The position numbers and the translations under genes are program-made. A stretch of DNA of 59,145 nt, from IMG/VR virus record IMGVR_UViG_3300022841_000020, positions 1 to 59,145 of that record; one strand, 5' to 3'. Source of the stretch: a virus (Duplodnaviria; Caudoviricetes). The notes below the pieces were generated by a model. That model saw nothing but the letters and a program-made list of their open reading frames with translations, made no database searches and had not been told where the DNA came from. Of this stretch, positions 26,955-37,668 are shown piece by piece. Position 1 is the first letter of the stretch. Every line of letters starts with the position of its first letter.

Positions 26955-27326
26955 ATGAAAACAGAAAAATTAGAACACATCAAAATACTTTTATTGCAGG
27001 GTGCAAAACTTATGGATATAACAAGAGATCTTAACACTTGCTCTAATACGATTCATAAAGTAATAAAAGATAATGGCTTAGAAGCCTTCAGGAAGCAGGT
27101 AACAAGAGATTTTAAAGTAAAGAACGCAACTAAACAACACACTAAGGCAATGCAACATAAGATAGAGCAAGGTCTTAAAAGATTAAATCGTGAAACATTA
27201 GGTAACCAAGTAGATAAGCAAAAAAGGCTTGACGAAAAAGTTCAAGCCCTTAATTATAAAAATTGTAGCGATTATATCTCACAGCATGGAGCTATGAGCT
27301 TTAGAAATAACATATTAAGAAAGTAA
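26955..27326 (+). CDS. Hypothetical protein with N-terminal HTH
   Basis: GAKLMDITRDLNTCSNTIHKV. Confidence 0.6.
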   Translation: MKTEKLEHIKILLLQGAKLMDITRDLNTCSNTIHKVIKDNGLEAFRKQVTRDFKVKNATKQHTKAMQHKIEQGLKRLNRETLGNQVDKQKRLDEKVQALNYKNCSDYISQHGAMSFRNNILRK

Positions 27327-27342
27327 TTAATAACTGCAAACT

Positions 27343-27711
27343 ATGAGCTACGAAGACGAAACATTAATAAGACTTAGACGACAATATTCAAAAGATGAAA
27401 CAGTCGCAGCGCTAAGCAAAAAGCTATCAGAAGCAGGCGTAAAAAATGGAATGTTACAAAGCGAGATAGACGAACTTAAGTATTTACTGCAAGAGTCCGA
27501 CAACTTACTTAAGCTAAGCAATAAAGAAAATAAGAAGCTTAAAAATAAGATAGATGAGGCAGGCGAAAATTTTGAAGAGACTTTGTTATGTAAATTACAA
27601 AAAGGTAAAATTAAAAATTATGAAGAAAATTTTGAACGTAAAAAGATTGAAAACAAAAAGCTACGCAGAAAAATAACTGACTTAAATTCAGAAATACTAA
27701 CTTTAAAATAG
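27343..27711 (+). CDS. Coiled-coil hypothetical protein
   Basis: Last gene of the rightward operon. Confidence 0.65.
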   Translation: MSYEDETLIRLRRQYSKDETVAALSKKLSEAGVKNGMLQSEIDELKYLLQESDNLLKLSNKENKKLKNKIDEAGENFEETLLCKLQKGKIKNYEENFERKKIENKKLRRKITDLNSEILTLK

Positions 27712-27726
27712 AAGCTATTGAATGGT

Positions 27727-30700
27727 TTATTTATCTTTCTTAATCTTATCCATAAGCTTGGTATATTCCTCAATAGTTTCATCGTCAAAAATATTCATTT
27801 TTAGCATTTGATCGAACACCTTATCATTTTTGGCTGATCCGTCAAAAACATTACCGTAATATTGAACAATTTTTAAAGCACGAGCCTCACGATCATTCTC
27901 AAAGGCAAGTCCAATAACGTAACGGTCAATATCTTTGTATTTAGCAATACTTTTTATCTTGCTCTCAACCCTCTCAAGCTCTTTTGGAGCATATCCTTTT
28001 AAAGCTTCTATAAATGCAGGAACAGAAATTTCGTCATTATAGAAGCTACTTGCTAACGCCTCTACGTCAATTTCTCGATAGGCGTTTTCTATTTTGATAT
28101 TTTTCAGATCACTTTGTATCGGTCTTAATCTATTTACTTGTCTGTTAAATACACTTGTATGGCTTATGAGTCGTTTATTAAAAGATTTTAGTAAATCGTT
28201 TCCTAAGTCAGATCCAATTTTACTAATGTCTTTATCATCAGTTGCAGCGGCATCTGCTCCAGCATATAATCCTCCAATAAAAGGATTTGTGCTTGGCGTA
28301 GTAATTAAGCTTTCAATAGATCCTTTTAATCTGGAAGGAGATAAATGAGTACTACGCCCTATCTGTTTGTAAAAACCATCTATGTTTTTATCTTTTGCAC
28401 CTTCCATTTCTGGTATGTCTTGGTTTTGATCAAAAGTTAAAGGTTGATTTCTATAAAAATCATATCCAGTAGTATAAGTCAATGCGGCTTTTGCGGTAGG
28501 TATTTTAGCAAGGTTAGCAGTTAAAGAAGTTATATCAATTGGTATAATATTGTTTTGAATTGCGGTCCATGCTTCAGCGTAATTTATTTTAGAATCCTTA
28601 CGCTCTTTACCAACAATTTGATTTATTAATTGCGTGTAAACATTATCAGCAATATTAAGAATAGGAGCTAATTGCTGATTTTTTGCAATTTTCCAGATAC
28701 GGTATTCGCCATCTTCATTTTTTGTGCCATCTACAATATTAAAATACTGAATACGTTGATACCTACTTACCCCTTCCATAGCCTCAAGCCATATCTCAAT
28801 AGGAGATTTATCTTTATCTTCTTCGTCTTTATTTTTAGCAATTAAAGCTAAAGATCCAACTACGGCTGATCCACTTAAAATAACTCCAGCTTGTAGAATT
28901 TTTGAAGTAATTTTTTGAGGATTTTTCTTAAAAGCATCAGCAGCTACACGGCTACCTTGTGTAGCTGTATTTATATAAGGAACGAAAGCTTCTAAGTCTT
29001 TTGTTACAGCACCGCCCTGATTAAAGTCTAATAAACTACGTGCCTCTGCTACTGCTCGCATATAAATTGCATCTTTTTCTTCTTGGCTTTTAACTTCTGA
29101 AATGGACTTTAATCCTTTTAAGTCTAACTGGTTTTTTATAGTTCTTTTAAATAATGCCATTCTAAACATTATTTCACTGTAATTCGAAAGCTTCCTTAAA
29201 GTCACAGCTTTGAAAAGAGAGCCACCAATAGCCTTAACTCTTGGAGTGATAAGTCTATCTAAGGCCTTAGCAAGCACAGTATCTTTTTTTAATCGACCTT
29301 GAGTACTTAAAAAAGCCATGTCTCCACCATAATAAATATAGTTATCAAGCATATTAGAACTGTCCATATTATAATTTCCCTTAGACTTTCTAATTTCATT
29401 TATGGCTATGAAAGTATCTTTAGAAACTTGAACCATCGCTTTAAGAACATTTGAAGAGTATTGATCACTAAATACAACATTAAAGATAAAGTCACGAGGT
29501 ATGTTTACTAACGCAAACGCTGGGTTGTTTCCAGTTGCAATACCCTTTAATAAAGCTGAACCACTTACATAACTAAAACCTTCTTTTGATCTTGAATTTA
29601 AAAAGCCAGATAAATTATCAAACCAACTATTATGTAATTCTTCTTCAATAAAAAACTCATTACGAATACCATCTACATAGTAAAATGCTTTTTTAAAGTT
29701 AGAAGGTGTTTTTTTAAATTTTCGCTCGTAAATAAATTCAGGAACCATTCCATCAATTACAGTTTGCTCTGTGTTTTCCTTCTTCTTAATTATAGGATTG
29801 TCTTTAATTTTTCTATTAAGCTCTATAAAATACTCATAAAAACGCTCATCTTCTACAGTCCATTCTTTGCGGTTAGAAAGATTTTTCTTAAGAGCATCAA
29901 AACGTTTTTTAGCAGCAGGAAATTCTTTAGTCATAAATACCTTATTGACAGTATTCATAGCCATAGCTCTTTGTCTTGATACAATTGAAGTAGACAATAA
30001 CCATTCTGAATTACGAACTAAGTTACCGGAACTCCCTTCATTTAGATTCTTAATTTGATTTTGAGACAAACCACCAGTATCACTTTTTTCAGTTTGCGCC
30101 GCACCTAATGAAACATTGCCTTCAAAGTCTGTAATGTGCTGAAGAAATAAGCGAGGTTGATAATCTAATCCACTTAAATCATCATATACTTTTTGACTTA
30201 TTAATCCATTATTACGCATTTCATCAAGCAAACTTTTATACGTATCAAAATAAATTTTAGCACGGTTTTCTAAATCTTTATATTTTTTAGTACCTATCTT
30301 CTGTTCTGCTGAATTAAGATATTTTTGAGCTATTATTCCATTCACAAATCCAGGATGCTTAACGGTAGGAAGTCCTTTAGCTGATCTATTTTTATCAATG
30401 GCAATAAATCGCTTAAGTTGTATAATTTTATCAAGCAATACGCGATCTGCATTACTCATGGGGCTAAATTCAACTTCAAAACCTCCTTTTACTTTGATTT
30501 TAATTCTGTCTGTGTAAATATCAGAATAAGCTTTATCAAAAATACGCCTAGCCTTCCCTGAAGCACCATGGCTATTTACCATAGCGTCTTTGGTTTGCTG
30601 AGCGCCAGCCTCGTCAACTAATTTTTTTGAAAGAAACTGACGATCAGTTATTTTTTCTATAAGCTTTCTGACTACCTTTCTCCTTACTGCTTTACGAGGT

Positions 30701-33700
30701 TGTTTGTTTTCAAAAGCTGCATCAGCTTCGTCAAAGTTATTTTCCACAAAATCAAAAGCCTCTTCATCTGTCATTGAGGCTTCTGCGACTGCTTTTTTAA
30801 TAGTGTCCGTAGTGATTTCTCTCTGCTCTTTTTTAGTTAGAGACTTATACCAATCTGTAGATTTAATGTAATTAAGACCTTCCTCTAGGGCTAAAGCTGC
30901 TTTCTTTCCTGCTTTGTATGCTACTTTTACTACTTGTATAGCTTTTATTGCAATAGCAACAGGAAGATTTATTCCAAGAGTACCATCTCCAAAATCTTTT
31001 AATTGCTTTTCGGCATCTTCTAATCCCTTGAGGAACGGATCTTCAAATAATCCACCTTGATTGCTTCCAGCATTAGTGTATTTACCTTTTTTCTGGAAAA
31101 TTTCCTGTAATTTTTTACGCTCAAACCTTAAGTCTTGATCAATTTTATCTAAAACTTTATTAGAGGTTTTAGAAATTTGGTCATAATCTGAGCTGTTTGG
31201 ATTTATATATTGTGGATCAGCCGGGTTGTTAAGCCGTTCTTTAATTTCCGTCTTTCTTTTTTCTAAATTCGAAATTTTATTTTTCTGATTTTCTACATCT
31301 TTATCATACTGCGTTTCACCTTCGGATTTATTTTTAAAGCGCGCAATGTTTAGAGGTTTTTTAGGATCAAAAAACATTTCGCCTGTAATAGCAGTTATCT
31401 TACTTAGAAAATCTGCCTTGCTTCTAAATCTTTTTGACTGATTTTTATTATTTAAAAAGCTGAAAAGTTCTCTTTCATGTGCATTAGTAAGTTGTTTATT
31501 GCGTTTTCTGGAAGAGCCTATCCAATCTGAAATTTTCTCTATTTCACGTTGATTTTGAACGTCAGTAGATTTTTCAAAAGCCTTTAAAGCTTGCACTACA
31601 AGTCCTTTAGGATTTAAAAAAGAAAGACTTTCTATAAATGTTTTGTTTCTTCCTTCCTTATTTTTAAAAGCATCTAGGTCAGCTTTACTATCGCCATTTT
31701 CCCGTTTTTTTCTAAGAGTATTTGCACGTTCCAATGGAGTTTCCATTGTTCTATTGGCATTAGCCTCTTCAATAGCAAATTTTATAGCTTGTTTTTCATT
31801 AAAATCACTTGTTCTATCAACGATTTTAACGTCTGATCTTCCTGCTAATTTAGCGCCTGCTAGTCTATGGTGTCCACTAAGAACATAAGCCTTATTGTCT
31901 TTAGGGTCAGTCCATATATGAATAGGATCTTGGTCTGCATCTTTGAAATTTTCTCCTATTTCATTGACCTTATCTTCGTTTAGACCATTTCTTCCTTGGA
32001 ATCGTTTTTCATCCGTTGATATTTCGGAAATGGATTTACGCTTTACATCTAAAGCGTCATCAATCTTTTCTTGAACTTGTCCTAGCTTTTCTTCTGTTTG
32101 AGGCTCTGTAAGTGATTCTGTAGTCTCTGCTTCACTTTCAATAGCCGCGACATCTGGTTCTTGCTCAGCGTTGTCTTTTTCTGTGAGTTTTTCATTTGCG
32201 TTTTGATTTTCTGCTATATCATCAACAATAATTATTTCTTCTTTTACTTCAACCTTTCCTTCACTTGGTTTAGGCTTAGCGGAGGGCTGTACTGAACTAT
32301 CTTTCTCTTTTGCTGCATCTTTATCATCTGTAGGTCGAATGTCTGCATCAGTAGCAGTATCTCCTTGCGTTTGTGCTTCATTGGATATCTTATCTAATCC
32401 TCTATTGTTTTGAGCGTTTTTAAGGTTTGCCTTACGGGCCTGTCTTTCATACTCTATTTGATCTTGGCTACTTGTTCGAGTATTTTTAGCCTTTCTTTTA
32501 TCGGCAAATTGTTTAGCTTTTTCTCTAGCAATTGATTTTTCTGTAAGCCTATCTGCTTCTGCTTGTTGTTCTGCGCTACTGTTTTCATAAAATTCCTTTA
32601 ATCTAGTTTGATATGCTATTTCTTCGGCAACTCTACCTCTAAAAGTTCTTTTATTTCCTTTTGAATTCTCTAAAGTTACTGAATAATTACCGCTTTTAGT
32701 TTTAACTATTGCTGTTGATGGCGTACTAAGGTTATTATTAAAAACTTCTCCATCAATAGTTACTTGATTTTGGTCAGAAATAGAAACTGAAACCTCTTTT
32801 TCTCTTAGAATTCCAAATTCATTTAATTTAGATTCTGAGATTTCATCTTTATTACCTAAATCAATTATGCTGTTGTCACTACTAAAGACAACTCTTTGTC
32901 CATCAATAATAATAAACCCTGTTTTGCCATCTTTAACATAAGGATATCCGTCTTCAATAGTTTCAGAAATAGTAGTATTACCTCCTAAATTATCGTTTTG
33001 CTCTTGAATCAAAGCCTGTTTTACAGCTTGAGCTGCTTCTTGCGCTGCTTGAGCCGATTCTCTCGCTTCTTTCGCTATCTTTTGTTCCTCTAATACATCT
33101 TCTTGGTTGGCATCTTCTTCTTCGGTGTTGATTTCTTCATCATTGGCTTCTTGGCTACTTTCTTCATTTGATTCTTCATTGTTTTCTGGGTTTTGATTTA
33201 TTTGTGTTTCTGTATTTACTTCTGTATTATCACTTTCTTGTCGTTCAAAAATAGATATAGCACGTTCAGTAATCTCTTGATCGGTTATTTGGAAGTCCTT
33301 AACCCCTTCAGCTTCGTACTCAGCAATTATCTCGTTTTGGGATTCATCTTTTAGCCTTAGTGATTCTTCCTCTGTTAGAAGGTCTAAAAAGCTCTCCTTT
33401 TTTTCATCGACAACCATTTGCTTGCCTTCTAATATTTCATTTCTATCCTTTTCTAAACCATTAAATTCATCCAAAAGGTCTTTTAAAATTTCAGTTCTTT
33501 GTTCCTGAGATAAAGATTTGTCTTCATTAATTAATTTTGCCTGTACCTGAAGGAAAGCTTGATTTTTTGTAATGCCATTAACTTTATTGTAGGCTGCTTC
33601 GCTTAAATTCGAAGTGGAGCTTTGAGCTTTCTGAATTAATTTATCATTACTAGCGTTGGCTTCTTTTATTTTACCTTCTAAAATGTTTCTTGTGGATTGA

Positions 33701-35691
33701 TTTCCTGCGTTATTAAATGCCTTTTGAAGCTTAATAACTTTTAAATAGCCGTTCTTTATTTCTTCAATTTGACTCTTAGGCATAAAAGGCTTAATCAATT
33801 CTCCTGTTATTTTGCCACCACCAATAATCAAAGGACTGCTTGCAAGAGTGGAGAATGTAGTTTTATCCAGGTTGTCTGTTAGTAAAACATCTTTTTTATC
33901 TAAAGCAAATCTATCTAATAAGTTTTGAGAAAAAGTTGTGGCGTTTTCGGTAAGAACTTCTACGCCGTTGTCTTTAAAAAATTGCTTAGTAAATCCTAAA
34001 GCTCCTTTGTTCAGTAATGCTCTATTGGCACTAGAACTAACGGATCGTCTTAATATTCGAGAAGTAGGTAGTTCGCCCAAAACACCCTCAACAGCACCGT
34101 AACCAAAGGGTATTGATATCTCTTGTAATAAAGAATAATTTGCGGGATTAATACCTGATTCTTCAGACTTCATTTCTGAAAACTTACCACCTCCTGTTGA
34201 TATTCCAAGAGCGGTTATACCTGCGGTAGCTGAAAATGGATTCATTATAGTTGCTAAGATTGGAGCTTGTGTAACTGTCTCTTGAGCTATGAAATAACCA
34301 ACGTCTTCAAGTCCAGTTATATTATCGTATTCCATTCTAGGACGAAAGTTTTGTGCAACTTCCTGAGTCATTTTTTTAGTCTCCTCGGCAGACATAGCCA
34401 TTTCATCAGACGCTATTTGATCGGATTTGTTACCTGTAATAGCTGCCTTTATGTTTAAGGCATAAGCAAACGCTCCTTGAGATCCAGCAACTACCAAATC
34501 TCCTGTTGACATAGCTATTTGAGCCTTCATGTTGTCTACAAAGCCGTAATTACGTTTTATCAAATCTATAGCCTCGGTAGTTTCTATTTTTTTATCTTGG
34601 TTTTGTTCCAGCTTTTCTTCAAACTCTTTATACTTATCATTAAGATTAGTGACAATCTGACTTCTTAATTCAAAGTTTTGTGCGTATGTTTCGCTAAAAC
34701 CTTCAGGCAATTCCTCGCCCTCTTTATTCATTTGCCTAATAAAATCTTCATTGGAATTTACTCTACTAGCCACTCTTGTTAATTTCTCAAAATCAATTTC
34801 AAGATCAATCACAGCAGCTTTTTCTTCCATTTCAACTGTTTTATAGTTGAATACCTGGTTGACATTTAACTCTTCCCTGTCTTTCTCAGAAAGAGATCCA
34901 ATATAATCTATCGTTCTTCTCTTCCTAAGCGCATCTGTTTCATCTTTGATGGTGATTTGCTTTATGGCAGCATCTATATTTTCTGGAGTTTGCTCTTTCT
35001 TTTCTTTTTCTAAAAACTTAATAGCCTTCTCTTGCTTTTCTTCCCTGTAAGATGGGAATTTAATATCCGGACCTAATCCAAGCGTGGCTACCGCTCCAAT
35101 TTTACTTAAAACATTTACAGCTCCTTGTGTGAATTTTTCGAAAGTAGAACCGTCTAGTTTTTCTTGAGCATCCCTTTCGATTTGTTGTGCATCTTCAGGC
35201 CTTACAGATGTAGCCCTTTCATAGTTATCTATGTTAGCAAATACTGTATCTCTTTCCGCTAAATTATTTTGAAGCTGACTTAATTCAGCCTCTTTAAAAT
35301 CGAGGTCTGATACCCTTTCCTCTGGTGTAGGTTTTGGATTTTGGGCGTTAGGTACGGAAGTAGCCAATGAACCATCCTGAGTCGGAGGTATTGGGGTTTC
35401 TTGTTCCAAATCCGAAGCAGTTTGTGAAGAAATAGAATCGCCTTTTTTTTTTATTTGGTCTTCTAATTCAAAAGTCTTATCTACAACTAGCTGAGCAAAA
35501 CGATCACCGTATTTTTTTTCAAGAACTGATTCTATCTCAAAAGTACCATTAGGTGTTTTATATACATTTTCATTTATTAAAGAAAAAGTATTAGCATTTA
35601 CTAAAGAGTCAAATTTAGTTCCGTACTTTTCTTTTAAATCTTTTTCGGAAACAATTTTACCATTAGGTGTTTTGTACTTAGGATCTGGCAT
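27727..35691 (-). CDS. Giant ejection (internal virion) protein, polyvalent type, with internal ParB/Srx domain and LPD38-like C-terminus
   Basis: 2654 aa after tail and small ejection genes; DPIHIW...YVLSGHHRLAG; AEARSLLDFNQGG...VPYINTATQG. Confidence 0.75.
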   Translation of the reverse strand: MPDPKYKTPNGKIVSEKDLKEKYGTKFDSLVNANTFSLINENVYKTPNGTFEIESVLEKKYGDRFAQLVVDKTFELEDQIKKKGDSISSQTASDLEQETPIPPTQDGSLATSVPNAQNPKPTPEERVSDLDFKEAELSQLQNNLAERDTVFANIDNYERATSVRPEDAQQIERDAQEKLDGSTFEKFTQGAVNVLSKIGAVATLGLGPDIKFPSYREEKQEKAIKFLEKEKKEQTPENIDAAIKQITIKDETDALRKRRTIDYIGSLSEKDREELNVNQVFNYKTVEMEEKAAVIDLEIDFEKLTRVASRVNSNEDFIRQMNKEGEELPEGFSETYAQNFELRSQIVTNLNDKYKEFEEKLEQNQDKKIETTEAIDLIKRNYGFVDNMKAQIAMSTGDLVVAGSQGAFAYALNIKAAITGNKSDQIASDEMAMSAEETKKMTQEVAQNFRPRMEYDNITGLEDVGYFIAQETVTQAPILATIMNPFSATAGITALGISTGGGKFSEMKSEESGINPANYSLLQEISIPFGYGAVEGVLGELPTSRILRRSVSSSANRALLNKGALGFTKQFFKDNGVEVLTENATTFSQNLLDRFALDKKDVLLTDNLDKTTFSTLASSPLIIGGGKITGELIKPFMPKSQIEEIKNGYLKVIKLQKAFNNAGNQSTRNILEGKIKEANASNDKLIQKAQSSTSNLSEAAYNKVNGITKNQAFLQVQAKLINEDKSLSQEQRTEILKDLLDEFNGLEKDRNEILEGKQMVVDEKKESFLDLLTEEESLRLKDESQNEIIAEYEAEGVKDFQITDQEITERAISIFERQESDNTEVNTETQINQNPENNEESNEESSQEANDEEINTEEEDANQEDVLEEQKIAKEARESAQAAQEAAQAVKQALIQEQNDNLGGNTTISETIEDGYPYVKDGKTGFIIIDGQRVVFSSDNSIIDLGNKDEISESKLNEFGILREKEVSVSISDQNQVTIDGEVFNNNLSTPSTAIVKTKSGNYSVTLENSKGNKRTFRGRVAEEIAYQTRLKEFYENSSAEQQAEADRLTEKSIAREKAKQFADKRKAKNTRTSSQDQIEYERQARKANLKNAQNNRGLDKISNEAQTQGDTATDADIRPTDDKDAAKEKDSSVQPSAKPKPSEGKVEVKEEIIIVDDIAENQNANEKLTEKDNAEQEPDVAAIESEAETTESLTEPQTEEKLGQVQEKIDDALDVKRKSISEISTDEKRFQGRNGLNEDKVNEIGENFKDADQDPIHIWTDPKDNKAYVLSGHHRLAGAKLAGRSDVKIVDRTSDFNEKQAIKFAIEEANANRTMETPLERANTLRKKRENGDSKADLDAFKNKEGRNKTFIESLSFLNPKGLVVQALKAFEKSTDVQNQREIEKISDWIGSSRKRNKQLTNAHERELFSFLNNKNQSKRFRSKADFLSKITAITGEMFFDPKKPLNIARFKNKSEGETQYDKDVENQKNKISNLEKRKTEIKERLNNPADPQYINPNSSDYDQISKTSNKVLDKIDQDLRFERKKLQEIFQKKGKYTNAGSNQGGLFEDPFLKGLEDAEKQLKDFGDGTLGINLPVAIAIKAIQVVKVAYKAGKKAALALEEGLNYIKSTDWYKSLTKKEQREITTDTIKKAVAEASMTDEEAFDFVENNFDEADAAFENKQPRKAVRRKVVRKLIEKITDRQFLSKKLVDEAGAQQTKDAMVNSHGASGKARRIFDKAYSDIYTDRIKIKVKGGFEVEFSPMSNADRVLLDKIIQLKRFIAIDKNRSAKGLPTVKHPGFVNGIIAQKYLNSAEQKIGTKKYKDLENRAKIYFDTYKSLLDEMRNNGLISQKVYDDLSGLDYQPRLFLQHITDFEGNVSLGAAQTEKSDTGGLSQNQIKNLNEGSSGNLVRNSEWLLSTSIVSRQRAMAMNTVNKVFMTKEFPAAKKRFDALKKNLSNRKEWTVEDERFYEYFIELNRKIKDNPIIKKKENTEQTVIDGMVPEFIYERKFKKTPSNFKKAFYYVDGIRNEFFIEEELHNSWFDNLSGFLNSRSKEGFSYVSGSALLKGIATGNNPAFALVNIPRDFIFNVVFSDQYSSNVLKAMVQVSKDTFIAINEIRKSKGNYNMDSSNMLDNYIYYGGDMAFLSTQGRLKKDTVLAKALDRLITPRVKAIGGSLFKAVTLRKLSNYSEIMFRMALFKRTIKNQLDLKGLKSISEVKSQEEKDAIYMRAVAEARSLLDFNQGGAVTKDLEAFVPYINTATQGSRVAADAFKKNPQKITSKILQAGVILSGSAVVGSLALIAKNKDEEDKDKSPIEIWLEAMEGVSRYQRIQYFNIVDGTKNEDGEYRIWKIAKNQQLAPILNIADNVYTQLINQIVGKERKDSKINYAEAWTAIQNNIIPIDITSLTANLAKIPTAKAALTYTTGYDFYRNQPLTFDQNQDIPEMEGAKDKNIDGFYKQIGRSTHLSPSRLKGSIESLITTPSTNPFIGGLYAGADAAATDDKDISKIGSDLGNDLLKSFNKRLISHTSVFNRQVNRLRPIQSDLKNIKIENAYREIDVEALASSFYNDEISVPAFIEALKGYAPKELERVESKIKSIAKYKDIDRYVIGLAFENDREARALKIVQYYGNVFDGSAKNDKVFDQMLKMNIFDDETIEEYTKLMDKIKKDK

Positions 35692-35695
35692 ATTT

Positions 35696-37222
35696 TTAAT
35701 TTATTGGAACTCCATATTCGTCTACTTTAGCTTCTTCTTTCTCTGGTCTTCCGTCTGGAAATATTCTGTTATTTAATTCTTCTATACCACCAAAATAACT
35801 ACCAACCTCAGATTGATCTTCTATCGGTATTGTAAGTACTTTTCTCTTATTTTGAGCACCAGTAGAAAGTCTGTCAAGTTGTAGGTTAAACTTTTTAATA
35901 TCAGCATCCATCTTGTTGTTGATAGTTTTATCAGTAGTAGCTTCTTTAATTTCTCTAGATTTTATTATCTTCTCCAACAAGCTTTCTTCTTCAGCTTTAA
36001 ATGTTGAGCTCTTCACATCTTGATAAGAAATATCAATTATCAAATTATCATCGCTATCGTAAGTGGCATTTTTTACCGTAGCATTTGTGATAACTTCATC
36101 CCCATCACGAACTGCATCAAGAACAACTCCTGACCCTTGGAATCCAACACTCTTAGCTCCTAGAGCAATATTTTCAAAAAGGCTTCCATAAACTTGTTTA
36201 GAAGGTGTTACTGCCTGAGTGAATTTTACAGTGCTTCCACCTTCTCCTGAAAGTCTTGCTTCTCTAGCTGCGGAAGTTCCGCCCGAATTATCTATTGTAT
36301 TTTTCTCAGTAGAGTTGCTTCTTAAATTTACATCTTGAATAAAGGCGTTTTTTACTTTTAGCAAATCATCTTCGGTTGCTCTCTGTACAGATATTCCTGA
36401 TTCCACGAAAGCACTTATAGCGTAGGGGCTAAACTTTCCTTCACCGTCAACGGTAAACATCTTATCTGCTGCTGTTGTTACGAATTCCTTTTTTATTCCT
36501 ATGGTTTCTTGTGTACCAAAACCAAATTGAGTAATTTTTTCCTGTTCTATTGTGCCTGCGTCTTCTGCTACAGTTTTGGCAATAGTTTCAAAGTTGTATC
36601 TTTTAACGGGAGTAAAACTTGCTTGGCCACTTTGGTATTGATCATAAGAAACAACGTCTAAAAAACTATCATCATCTATATCAGTAAAAGCACCAACTGG
36701 ATTAAATTGATCATCTAGCCCAAGCTTAATACTTTTCCACCCATCTTTATAACGCTTTTCATGTTCTACGTCTCTCCAAACATCTTCTTTTTCTACAGCA
36801 GCTAAATAAGCATTGTATTCTTGGGTTCCTGCTTTTGTAAAAGCTAACAATTTCTCAGGAAGTTGTTGCAAGTTGTCTAGTCCTAGTTTAGCTTTAATGT
36901 AGGCTTCGCTAGAAGGATCTGAATTCTCAAGAGTTTGTAAAAGTGGTAAGTATTGATCGGTAGCTTTTGCGAGCAACCTGGCGTTCGCTTCGTTCAAAGA
37001 TGAAGAACCGGTATCGTAATTATTTAAAGGCTTAATGTTTTTGTCGTAAAAATCTCGCTTAGCTTTTTTTGCAGATTCATCACGTTGAAATTGCATCTGA
37101 TCATTAATACGATCTTCCTGTCTTCGATTAGCCGCGTCATTGTTCCAGAATTGTATATCACGAGAAAGCCCTTGAGTTGGCTGTAATTTCTGGAATGCTG
37201 CGTAATTACCTTTCTTTGCCAT
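35696..37222 (-). CDS. Ejection / internal virion protein
   Basis: Position and composition. Confidence 0.6.
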   Translation of the reverse strand: MAKKGNYAAFQKLQPTQGLSRDIQFWNNDAANRRQEDRINDQMQFQRDESAKKAKRDFYDKNIKPLNNYDTGSSSLNEANARLLAKATDQYLPLLQTLENSDPSSEAYIKAKLGLDNLQQLPEKLLAFTKAGTQEYNAYLAAVEKEDVWRDVEHEKRYKDGWKSIKLGLDDQFNPVGAFTDIDDDSFLDVVSYDQYQSGQASFTPVKRYNFETIAKTVAEDAGTIEQEKITQFGFGTQETIGIKKEFVTTAADKMFTVDGEGKFSPYAISAFVESGISVQRATEDDLLKVKNAFIQDVNLRSNSTEKNTIDNSGGTSAAREARLSGEGGSTVKFTQAVTPSKQVYGSLFENIALGAKSVGFQGSGVVLDAVRDGDEVITNATVKNATYDSDDNLIIDISYQDVKSSTFKAEEESLLEKIIKSREIKEATTDKTINNKMDADIKKFNLQLDRLSTGAQNKRKVLTIPIEDQSEVGSYFGGIEELNNRIFPDGRPEKEEAKVDEYGVPIN

Positions 37223-37333
37223 TTTCTATAATAAAAATCTATAATAAATACAAATTTAATAGAAAAATAGTATCATAATAATTATATCTAGTATAATTTA
37301 AAGAAAATAATTTATTATATGGGTATTGTATGT

Positions 37334-37621
37334 TTAATTCACTCTAACTCGCACGTCAACATCTCTTTGACCCCGATTCATTTTAACAAGCTTATTGTCA
37401 TAAAAGTAGTAGAACATAACGTTTTCAGCATTGTAACCGTAAATGACCCTATAAATAGCCCATCCACTATCCATACTAACAAGCTCTTGATATTTAGCCT
37501 CATTAATAAATTCATTTATAGTCATGCCGGTCCATATCTGTGGAGCTTTCATAGCAACGCATGAGCTAAAAAGAATTAAAGTTAAAGATAACACAACCAA
37601 TTTTTGTAATAAAGTTTTCAT
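37334..37621 (-). CDS. Lipoprotein moron (possible superinfection exclusion)
   Basis: Signal peptide with lipobox LFSSC; second ATG (37621) preferred. Confidence 0.7.
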   Translation of the reverse strand: MKTLLQKLVVLSLTLILFSSCVAMKAPQIWTGMTINEFINEAKYQELVSMDSGWAIYRVIYGYNAENVMFYYFYDNKLVKMNRGQRDVDVRVRVN

Positions 37622-37668
37622 AGTTCCCGACATTTTAAGTTTTTACGCTAAGTTAAGTTAAAAATAAA

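Noticed and set aside
27727-35691. crAss-type virion RNA polymerase
   Set aside because: No DxDxD-type catalytic motif in a recognisable RNAP context; ParB and LPD38-like features instead
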